From an uncultured bacterium (GTDB lineage Bacteria > Acidobacteriota > Thermoanaerobaculia > Multivoradales > JAHZIX01), in the NCBI GenBank assembly GCA_965368975.1, contig CBDUPA010000002.1, forward strand, positions 320,001 to 384,000: a DNA stretch of 64,000 bases, in the 5' to 3' direction. Positions 45,712 to 54,037 of this stretch are shown here, piece by piece. Position numbers and translations under genes: made by a program. The notes beneath the pieces are model-generated. The model worked only from the letters and a program-made list of their open reading frames with translations, was not told the origin of the DNA and did not search any database. Every line of letters begins with the position of its first letter. Positions within the stretch are counted from its first letter, which is position 1.

Positions 45712-48700
45712 AGAATCCCTTCTCGACATCGCCGTCCTGGCCGCCGCGGGACGCTTTCCGGGAGCGGCCGACCTAGACCAGTTCTGGACCAACCTGAAGC
45801 AAGGGGTGGAAAGCGTTCGGAGCTTCTCGCACCAGGAAATGCTGGACGCCGGTGTCGATCCCGAACAGCTGGCAGATCCGAACTTCGTCGCCGCCCATGG
45901 CGTGCTCGACGATGTCGACCGCTTCGACGCCGAGTTTTTCGGCTTCACCCCGCGGGAAGCTGCTCTGCTCGACCCTCAGCAACGCATCCTGCTCGAGCTT
46001 GGCTGGAATGCCCTCGAACAAGCCGGCTACGGTGACGCGGGGGATCGTGGCCGGGTCGGCGTCTTCGCTGGCGCCGGCCGCAGCGGCTACGAGGCCCGGG
46101 CGCGTGCGGCCAGCCATAGCGGCGAGGACGAGGGCGACACCGGCGACGAGCTGAGCGTCTCGCTGGGCAACGCCAGCGACTTTCTGCCACTGTGGCTGAG
46201 CTACAAGCTCGACCTGCGCGGCCCCAGCGTCAACGTCCAGACCTCGTGCTCGACCGGCCTGGCCGCGATCCACCTAGCGTGCCAGAGCCTGCTGCAGCGC
46301 GAGTGTGACCTGGCCCTGGCCGGGGGCATCTCGGTGGCGGTACCGCAGCAGGCGGGCTACCGCTACCAGGAAGGTAGCATCTTGTCGCCCGACGGGCATT
46401 GCCGTCCGTTCGATCAGGACGCGCGCGGTACCGTCGGCGGTTCGGGAGCTGGACTCGTGGTGCTCAAGCGCCTGGGCGAAGCCCTCGAGGACGGCGACCC
46501 GATTCTTGCTCTGATCAAGGGTTCGGCGATGAACAATGACGGCGCCGGCAAGATCGGCTTCACCGCACCCAGCATCGAAGGACAAGCGGAGGTCATCGCG
46601 GAAGCTCTGGCGGTGGCGGGCGTCGACGCGTCGACCATAGACTACATCGAGGCGCATGGAACCGGAACGCCTCTGGGCGACCCGATCGAGATCGCCGCCC
46701 TGCGCCAAGCCTTCGAACAGCAGAGCTCGGAGGGTACAACGCTGCCGTTGGGCTCTTGCGCCCTCGGTTCGGTCAAGTCCAATGTCGGGCATCTCGACCG
46801 AGCTGCTGGTATCGCCGGTTTCCTCAAGGCTTTGCTGGCCCTGCACCACGGCGAACTGCCACCGACCTTGCACTTCACCGAGCCCAACCCACAGCTACGC
46901 CTCGCCGAGACCCCCTTCCACGTGCAGGCGGAAATCACCCCCTGGAACAGTTGCAACGGCACTGCCGATCCAAGGGTGCGACGCGCTGGCATCAGCTCTT
47001 TCGGTATGGGTGGCACCAACGTCCACGTCATCGTCGAAGAAGCCCCGCGCGCCGAGCCAGCGTCGGTCCCCACGCCGGCGGAAAGTCCACAGCTCCTCGT
47101 GCTCTCCGCACGTACAGCCGCGGCGCTCGAGCGTCGCTGCCAGGATCTCGACGCCCACCTGCAGCGGCACCCGGATCTGGCGCTGGCGGACGTCGCACGA
47201 ACGCTGCAGCGTGGACGGCGGCGCTTTGAGCATCGAGCGGTACTCGTGGCGTGCGACGTCGAGCAAGCCCGCCAGGCTCTGACCTCCGAGGCCTCGGAAA
47301 GCTGGATGCTGCACGGTCCCTCGGGCAGCCACCTCCTGCACACTCGCCGCGACGAGCAGCAGCACCGCGAGGTTGCCTTCCTCTTCCCCGGTCAAGGTGC
47401 GCAGCACCCGGGCTTGGGCAAAGACTTGCTCGGCCATTCCGAGTACAAAGAGCAGCTCCGTGTCTGCGCCGAGCACCTGCGCGAGGACCTGCGCCCCCTC
47501 TTGCCTGCCTACGACGGTGATCTGCTGCGCTTGCTCGAAGACGGTGAGACCGACTCTGACCTGCTGGCCCGCACCGAGATCACCCAGCCGCTGCTGTTCA
47601 GCGTCGAGTACGCGCTGGCCAGGCAGTGGATGGCCTGGGGCGTCCAGCCGGTCGCGATGCTCGGACACAGCGTCGGCGAGTATGTCGCGGCCTGCCTGGC
47701 CGGCGTTTTTAGCCTCGAGACGGCACTACACCTTGTCACCCTGCGCGGACGGTTGATGGCAGCACTGCCGACCGGCGCGATGCTGACGGTACCCCTGCCG
47801 GAGGAAGAGCTGGCGCCGTATCTGGCACAGACGGAGGGCCGGGTGGAGCTAGCCGCGGTCAACAGTCCCGGAGCCTGCGTCGCCAGCGGTACCTCCGAGG
47901 GTGTCGACGCACTGCAGCGGCAGCTCGAAGCCGATGGCCTCGAATGCCGCCGCCTGCAGACCTCGCACGCCTTCCACAGCGCCATGATGGAACCGATCCT
48001 CGACAGCTTCCGTGACACCGTTGCCCAGGTCGAGCTGCAGGCTCCCCAGAAGCGTTTCCTGTCCAACCTCAGTGGCACCTGGATCCGTGACGAGGAAGCC
48101 GTCGATCCCGATTACTGGACCCGTCACCTGCGGTCGACGGTGCGCTTCGCGGATGGCCTGAGTGAGCTACTCCGGGACCCCGAGTTGCTACTGCTGGAAG
48201 TCGGCCCCGGGCGCACGCTGGCTACCCTGGCACGGCAGGTTCCCCTCGGTGCCGAGGCTCCCGAGCGGCTGCTGGTGACGTCCATGCCGACGCCCAAGGA
48301 GGCACCCGAGCGCGACGGCCGCGATGTCCTGCTCCATGCGCTTGGCGAGCTCTGGCTAGCAGGGGTCGACGTCAACTGGCGGGCCTTCCGCCAGAACGAC
48401 TCCGGAGGCCAAGGAAGCCATCGTCGAGTGACCCTGCCCGGCTATCCCTTCGCCGATCAACGTCACTGGATCGACATTCAGCCCACCGACGGCAAGCTGC
48501 AGGTCACGTCCACCGCCAGCGCGCAGGTGGTACCCGAGAAGCAAGCGGACCCGGCCCATTGGTTCTATCTGCCCGTGCTGCAGGAGACGCCACCACGCAT
48601 CCCCGGCACCGTGGATACAAGTGAGGTGGACAGCTGGTTGCTACTCGCCGACCCGGCACGGGCCCAGGAGGTAGCTCAGCTACGCACAACCTTGCAGGAA

Positions 48701-50560
48701 CAGGACACGGCTTGGGTCCATGTCGAGTTCGCGACCGAGGCCCAGGATCTGAATGTCACTGGCTCGCTTGCCGGGGATGCCAAGGTTGGTCCTGTACGGC
48801 GCAGCGACTTTAGCTCCCTGGTGCAGCAGTTGCACGCGGCCGACCGGCTTCCCAAGCACATCTTGTACTTGCCGGCGGTACCCGTCGAGGCTCACGAAGC
48901 CGGCTCCCACGAAGCCCTCGGCAGCAGCAGAGCGGCAGATGCGATTCGTCTCTACTACCCCCTGGTCTATCTGGCACAGGCGCTGAGCGAGACCGGCGAG
49001 CTCGACGGTGTCCGCATCGGCGTGCTAGTCGACGGTGTCCTCCGCCTGCACGAGGCGGAGCCTGTTTCCCCTCTCCTGGCGACCCTGATGGCACCTTGCC
49101 TGGTCCTTCCCCAAGAGCTGGCGGGGCTGCGCTGCCTGCTGCTCGACGCTCCCACCGAGACGGCAACCTCCAAAGCGTGGGCGGGGAAGATCCTGGACGA
49201 GGTGCGAGCCCCCGTGGCCGACGATGGCATTCTGGCCGCCGTCGCCCTCCGAGGGCATCGGCGCTGGCAGGCGGATTTCAGCGCCATCCCTCTTCCAGCT
49301 TCACCAGGTCTCTCGGCAACGAACCTGCGGCCCGGCGGCACCTACATGATCACCGATGGCGTCGGCAGCCTGGGCTCGATGCTCGCACGGGCCCTGGTCG
49401 ACACCGTGACGGCCGAGGGTGGCGAAGCACCACGGCTAGCCCTGCTGACACCCGGTGAGTTCCCGCCGCCCGCGGAATGGGAGCGCATTCTGGGAGCCAG
49501 CGAGGAGACCCCTCTGCGCACCGCTGTCGAGCAGCTGCAGGCGCTGGTCGATCGAGGCGTCCAGCTACTCGTGCTGCGCGCCAGCAGTAGCGACGCGGCC
49601 GCGTTGCAGGGTGCTCTCGACCAGGTACATGAACGTTTCGGTCCCATTCACGGCGCCTTCCACACCGAGCACAGCCCCGGCGCCGGCCTGGTCGCTCTGC
49701 GCAGTGCCGACACGGCCATCGAAGTGCTGCGAGCACGAACCACGGGCATGGACAATCTTGCCGACGCTCTGGAGGCTCTGCAGAGCGGCACGCAGGGGGA
49801 GGATTCCGTCGAGCTGATCGTGCTGTGCTCGTCGATCGCTGGCATCATGGGCGGCTTCGGGCTGCTCGATCACGCTGCCTCGGCCTGCTACCTGGACGCC
49901 AGCAGCGCCACCCTGTCCGGCCGGTTCCCGCAAGCCCGGGTCCTGACACTCGATTGGGGACCCTCGCACTGGGAAGACTGGCAAGAAGCCCTGATCACCG
50001 CCGCACCCGAGCTGCGTGAACAGCTGCGACAGTCGCGTCTCAGCTACGGCCTGAGCGTCGAGGAAGGCGCCGAGGTGCTACGCCGTGGCCTCGCTAGCGG
50101 CCTGCCTCACTTGATCGTCTCGACGCAGGACCTACGAGCCGCGATCCGTAACCAGCTATCGCTCGGTCAGATGCAGAACCAGACCAACGCCGCTGGCCAA
50201 CTCGGCACCGGCTCGAGCCGTGAACACGTGGCGCCGCGCGACGAGGTCGAGGAGCAGGTGGCGGACGTCTGGCTGGAGCTGTTCGGCGTTCCACGCATCG
50301 GCATCCACGACGACTTCTTCGAGATCGGTGGTCACTCTCTGCTGGCCATCCAGGTCGTCTCCCGCTTGCGCAAGCGGCTGCAGGTCGAGCTCCCGATGCC
50401 CATTCTGTTCGAAGCTCCGACGGTCGCACAGCTCGCCGATCACGTACGTCAGCAGCAGGGCCAGCAAGAGAGCCTGGCTGAGGTCGAGGCCATGCTGGCC
50501 GAGATCGAAGGACTGAGTCTGGACGAGGTGCGGGCCGAACTGGATACTCCGGAACCCTGA
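45704..50560 (+). CDS. Single-module type I PKS (KS-AT-degenerate KR-carrier protein)
   Basis: KS VQTSCSTGL, EAHGTGT, GHL; AT GHSVG and HAFH (malonyl-type); KR TDGVGSLG / DHAASAC; carrier FFEIGGHSL; GTG start overlaps patatin end. Confidence 0.92.
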   Translation: MSEESLLDIAVLAAAGRFPGAADLDQFWTNLKQGVESVRSFSHQEMLDAGVDPEQLADPNFVAAHGVLDDVDRFDAEFFGFTPREAALLDPQQRILLELGWNALEQAGYGDAGDRGRVGVFAGAGRSGYEARARAASHSGEDEGDTGDELSVSLGNASDFLPLWLSYKLDLRGPSVNVQTSCSTGLAAIHLACQSLLQRECDLALAGGISVAVPQQAGYRYQEGSILSPDGHCRPFDQDARGTVGGSGAGLVVLKRLGEALEDGDPILALIKGSAMNNDGAGKIGFTAPSIEGQAEVIAEALAVAGVDASTIDYIEAHGTGTPLGDPIEIAALRQAFEQQSSEGTTLPLGSCALGSVKSNVGHLDRAAGIAGFLKALLALHHGELPPTLHFTEPNPQLRLAETPFHVQAEITPWNSCNGTADPRVRRAGISSFGMGGTNVHVIVEEAPRAEPASVPTPAESPQLLVLSARTAAALERRCQDLDAHLQRHPDLALADVARTLQRGRRRFEHRAVLVACDVEQARQALTSEASESWMLHGPSGSHLLHTRRDEQQHREVAFLFPGQGAQHPGLGKDLLGHSEYKEQLRVCAEHLREDLRPLLPAYDGDLLRLLEDGETDSDLLARTEITQPLLFSVEYALARQWMAWGVQPVAMLGHSVGEYVAACLAGVFSLETALHLVTLRGRLMAALPTGAMLTVPLPEEELAPYLAQTEGRVELAAVNSPGACVASGTSEGVDALQRQLEADGLECRRLQTSHAFHSAMMEPILDSFRDTVAQVELQAPQKRFLSNLSGTWIRDEEAVDPDYWTRHLRSTVRFADGLSELLRDPELLLLEVGPGRTLATLARQVPLGAEAPERLLVTSMPTPKEAPERDGRDVLLHALGELWLAGVDVNWRAFRQNDSGGQGSHRRVTLPGYPFADQRHWIDIQPTDGKLQVTSTASAQVVPEKQADPAHWFYLPVLQETPPRIPGTVDTSEVDSWLLLADPARAQEVAQLRTTLQEQDTAWVHVEFATEAQDLNVTGSLAGDAKVGPVRRSDFSSLVQQLHAADRLPKHILYLPAVPVEAHEAGSHEALGSSRAADAIRLYYPLVYLAQALSETGELDGVRIGVLVDGVLRLHEAEPVSPLLATLMAPCLVLPQELAGLRCLLLDAPTETATSKAWAGKILDEVRAPVADDGILAAVALRGHRRWQADFSAIPLPASPGLSATNLRPGGTYMITDGVGSLGSMLARALVDTVTAEGGEAPRLALLTPGEFPPPAEWERILGASEETPLRTAVEQLQALVDRGVQLLVLRASSSDAAALQGALDQVHERFGPIHGAFHTEHSPGAGLVALRSADTAIEVLRARTTGMDNLADALEALQSGTQGEDSVELIVLCSSIAGIMGGFGLLDHAASACYLDASSATLSGRFPQARVLTLDWGPSHWEDWQEALITAAPELREQLRQSRLSYGLSVEEGAEVLRRGLASGLPHLIVSTQDLRAAIRNQLSLGQMQNQTNAAGQLGTGSSREHVAPRDEVEEQVADVWLELFGVPRIGIHDDFFEIGGHSLLAIQVVSRLRKRLQVELPMPILFEAPTVAQLADHVRQQQGQQESLAEVEAMLAEIEGLSLDEVRAELDTPEP

Positions 50561-50587
50561 ACTGCGCTGGACGAAGCTACACGCGTC

Positions 50588-51808
50588 ATGGACGACCTGC
50601 AACAGCGACTGGCCTCGCTGGCCCCGGAGCAACGGCGACTGCTGGAGAAACGCCTGAAGCAAAAGGGTCTCGACCAGGCCTTACAAACTCCCACTCAGCC
50701 GCCCGCACATCACGTGGTCATCGAGGCTCCGGGCGAGGCCCCGGATCCTGCCGTGATCGCGGACCGGACGATGGCCTTCAGCCTCTTCTTCTTCTCCGGT
50801 GATGGCTCTTCGAACCGCGATGACAAGTACGACCTGCTGCTCGAAGCAGCTCGCTTCGGCGACCAGCACGGCTACACCGCGGTGTGGACGCCGGAACGCC
50901 ATTTCCAGGACTTCGGTGGCCTCTATCCCAACCCTGCCGTCGTCGGTGCTGCTCTCGCCGCGGTAACCGAGAACATCCAGATCCGCGCCGGCAGTGTCGC
51001 GGTCCCTCTGCATGACCCGATCCGCATCGCGGAAGAGTGGTCGGTGGTCGACAATTTGTCCAAGGGCCGCGTCGCGCTGTCCGTGGCGTCCGGTTGGTAT
51101 CCGCGAGATTTCGCCCTGGCGCCCGACAAGTTCGAGAATCGCAAGGCGATCCTGTACGAGACTCTGGACGTGCTCCAGCATCTCTGGTCCGGCGGCACTG
51201 TCCGCCGGGCGATCCCCGGCGGCGAAGAACTCGACCTCGGTATCCTGCCGCGCCCGCTGCAAGCGGAACTCAAGTTCTGGATCGCGATCTCCGGCAACCC
51301 GGAATCCTGGGCCCAAGCCGGCGAGATCGGCGCCAACGTGCTGACCGGCCTGCTCAATCAGCCCTTCGATGAGCTCGCCGAGAAAATCGAAATCTACCAC
51401 CGCAGTCTCGAAGCCCACGGCCACGATCCCGCCGACAAGGTCATCTCGGTGATGCTGCACACCTGCGTGGGCACTGACACCGAGGAGGTCAAGGAACTCG
51501 TGCGCGAACCCCTGACCGAGTACTTCAGCACCTACTTGACGCAGCACGAGAGCTTGAGCCTGGCCGGGGAGTCCGTGAGCCCCGAGGAGAAGCGTGCGCT
51601 GATGGAAGTCTCCTTCGAGCGCTACTTCTACTCACGCACCCTCTGCGGCTCCGTCGACACCTGCTCCCAGCTCGTCGAGCGCCTGCTCGCCATCGGTGTC
51701 AACGAGGTCGCCTGCCTACTCGACTACGGCCTCGACGTCGAAGCAACACTGGCGAGCCTCGAGCACCTGAATGTGCTCAAAGAGCGCTTCGCGGTACCGC
51801 GCAAGTGA
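50588..51808 (+). CDS. Natural-product-type luciferase-like (LLM) flavin monooxygenase with N-terminal docking-like helix
   Basis: FSLFFF, AVWTPERHF..FGGLYPNP, PIRIAEEWSVVDNLS.GRV, GVNEVACLLDYG. Confidence 0.88.
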   Translation: MDDLQQRLASLAPEQRRLLEKRLKQKGLDQALQTPTQPPAHHVVIEAPGEAPDPAVIADRTMAFSLFFFSGDGSSNRDDKYDLLLEAARFGDQHGYTAVWTPERHFQDFGGLYPNPAVVGAALAAVTENIQIRAGSVAVPLHDPIRIAEEWSVVDNLSKGRVALSVASGWYPRDFALAPDKFENRKAILYETLDVLQHLWSGGTVRRAIPGGEELDLGILPRPLQAELKFWIAISGNPESWAQAGEIGANVLTGLLNQPFDELAEKIEIYHRSLEAHGHDPADKVISVMLHTCVGTDTEEVKELVREPLTEYFSTYLTQHESLSLAGESVSPEEKRALMEVSFERYFYSRTLCGSVDTCSQLVERLLAIGVNEVACLLDYGLDVEATLASLEHLNVLKERFAVPRK

Positions 51809-51863
51809 CCCCAAGAACCCTCAGCAGGAATGACTACCGAGTACTGAGCACGGGTAGGTCTGC

Positions 51864-52331
51864 TCAAGGATTGGCACCGGAATTCACCTCCAGTAACTGC
51901 TCCAAGTCCACTCGATCTTGCCCGCGATTCGCCGATCGCTTGGCGGCAATCAGATCTTCGAGCGAGAGGTACTGCCCTGCGGCAGCGCCATACTGCCCTT
52001 CCACCCGCCGATCCCAAGCAGCCTGAAAGTCGGCGACACCCTGAAGACCTGAGATCAGGTCGATTCTGGTTGGCGCTACGCCTAGCTGGACTACCGAATC
52101 CAGATTGCACAGATCCTCGATCGTCAAGCCGAGGTCGTAACCACCAAAGAACTCGCGGATCACCTCTAGTACGAGCACTGCATTCTGCTCTGACGATTCG
52201 ATGTAGAGGTCCAAGTCCTTGGTCGCTCGCGGCTGTGCATAGAAGGCCACCGCGTGCGCGCCGACGATCAGATACTTAGCCCCACGGGCGTTCAATAACG
52301 CGACAAACTCTTCGTAGTCGGGGGAGTTCAT
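51864..52331 (-). CDS. Nucleotidyltransferase-fold protein (minimal NTase type)
   Basis: YLIVGAHAV...PRATKDLD, LEDLIAAK...RGQDRVD. Confidence 0.75.
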   Translation of the reverse strand: MNSPDYEEFVALLNARGAKYLIVGAHAVAFYAQPRATKDLDLYIESSEQNAVLVLEVIREFFGGYDLGLTIEDLCNLDSVVQLGVAPTRIDLISGLQGVADFQAAWDRRVEGQYGAAAGQYLSLEDLIAAKRSANRGQDRVDLEQLLEVNSGANP

Positions 52332-52515
52332 GGATCCCTTGGGTCTTGAGCGTGCTGAGTAAGCAGGCTCCCACAGCATTGACACGCTGAGCCGGCGTCA
52401 TGGACTGCCAGAACCGGAAGTCCTCCTCGGCCTCTAGCTCCCGCGGAACGACTTTCGCCGTCCAAAGACGGCCGCGCTTGTCTGTCGCTTGGCCGCGAAT
52501 CTCAACTTTCGCCAT
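52276..52515 (-). CDS. Small hypothetical protein upstream of the nucleotidyltransferase
   Basis: AGGAGG RBS; DFRFWQSMTPAQRV...PRLRRV; overlaps the next gene by 56 nt. Confidence 0.65.
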   Translation of the reverse strand: MAKVEIRGQATDKRGRLWTAKVVPRELEAEEDFRFWQSMTPAQRVNAVGACLLSTLKTQGIHELPRLRRVCRVIERPWG

Positions 52516-52568
52516 CAGCTTACCTCCTTACCAAGCCCGATTTCTGCAGGATACCAAGCGAGGAGAGT

Positions 52569-53987
52569 TTACTGCCAGTCGATCAAGTACGGCGGCACCA
52601 TGAGCAGCACCGCAAGCAGGAAGAAGATGGCTTGTAGAGGCAGGATCCAGCGTGCCCACTTCGCCCAGTCGACCTCGGCCAGCGTCAGCACGCCCATGGT
52701 GACGGCGGAGGTCGGGATGATCAGGTTGCTGAAGCCATCCCCGAACTCGAAGGCGAGCACGGCGGTCTGACGGGTGACACCGGCGAGATCGGCGAGTGGG
52801 GCCATGATCGGCATGGTCAGCGCCGCCTGGCCGCTGCCCGAGGGCATGACGAAGTTGATGACGGTCTGGACGACCACCATCAGCTGACTGGTGACGATTG
52901 GGTGGAACTGCCCGATGATGCCGGCCAGGCTGTGCAGAATCGTGTCGATGATGCGACCCTCGGTCGCGAGGACCAGGATGCTCTGCGCCAAGGCGATCAC
53001 CAGCGCGGTCGCGACGAGATCCTTGGCACCGGTGACAAAGGAGTCACTGATCTCACTTAGACGCAAGCCTCCGAGGAGACCAGCGGCGAGTGCGATCGAC
53101 AGGAAGATGCCGGCGATTTCTTCGATGTACCAGCCTTCGACGGCGACTCCGTAGACCAAGACGAGCATGCCAGCAGCAAAGCTGAGTAAGACCGCGATAT
53201 GGCGGTGATCCATGGCGGTGCTTTCCGCGACGCTCGTAGGCTCGTCCGGGCTCAGCATGTGCAGAGTGGCTCGGCGTTTCTCGTCCTGCTCGTAGGTGGG
53301 ACTGGTTTCAGGCCTCTTGGCGATGCGCGCGGCGTAGGCCATGACGAAGACGATGGCGGCGGTCGTGACCACCGACCATACGATCAGGCGGTAGCCAAAG
53401 CCGGAAGCGGGCGGCAGTTCGGCGATGGTCTGCGCGATCTGGACAGTGAAGGGATTGAAGAAGGCTCCCGCGAAGCCGGCCCCGGCGCCGATGAAGGGAA
53501 TCGCGACGCCGACGATCGAGTCATAACCGAGGGCCAGCGCCAGCGGGACGAAGATCAGGACGAAAGGGATGACTTCTTCACTCATTCCGAAGACGGCGCC
53601 AGCAAGCGAGAAAAGCAGCATGAAGATGGGAATCGCGCCCCGACGGACGGCCGCGGAGCGGTGACTGGCACGCACGACGGCTCGAATCGCGGCGTCGATG
53701 GCACGGGTGCGATGCAGCACACCGAAGGCACCCCCGACCAGCAGGACGAACCCGATGACGTCCGCCTTGCCTTGGAAGCCGCGTATCGGTGCCAGCAGAA
53801 CCGCGTCGAGCCCCTGCGGGTGGCGGGGAACCGATGCGAAGCTCTCCGGATCGACCACGGAACGGCCAGCCTTCTCGACACGCTGGTACTCGCCCCCGGG
53901 CAGTACCCAGGTCAGCAACGCCACCAGGACCAGGAAGCCACTCAGCAAGACGAAGGTATTGGGTGCACGCAGCCGTCGTAGATCCAT
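52569..53987 (-). CDS. yfcC: YfcC family transporter (second paralog)
   Basis: PNTFVLL, GMSEEVIPF, FNPFTV, MPSGSGQA, FGDGFSN. Confidence 0.88.
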   Translation of the reverse strand: MDLRRLRAPNTFVLLSGFLVLVALLTWVLPGGEYQRVEKAGRSVVDPESFASVPRHPQGLDAVLLAPIRGFQGKADVIGFVLLVGGAFGVLHRTRAIDAAIRAVVRASHRSAAVRRGAIPIFMLLFSLAGAVFGMSEEVIPFVLIFVPLALALGYDSIVGVAIPFIGAGAGFAGAFFNPFTVQIAQTIAELPPASGFGYRLIVWSVVTTAAIVFVMAYAARIAKRPETSPTYEQDEKRRATLHMLSPDEPTSVAESTAMDHRHIAVLLSFAAGMLVLVYGVAVEGWYIEEIAGIFLSIALAAGLLGGLRLSEISDSFVTGAKDLVATALVIALAQSILVLATEGRIIDTILHSLAGIIGQFHPIVTSQLMVVVQTVINFVMPSGSGQAALTMPIMAPLADLAGVTRQTAVLAFEFGDGFSNLIIPTSAVTMGVLTLAEVDWAKWARWILPLQAIFFLLAVLLMVPPYLIDWQ

Positions 53988-54037
53988 CGGCTCAAGATAT
54001 CAGCTCGACGAAGGTCCAGCTGCCGCTGGATAGCTCG

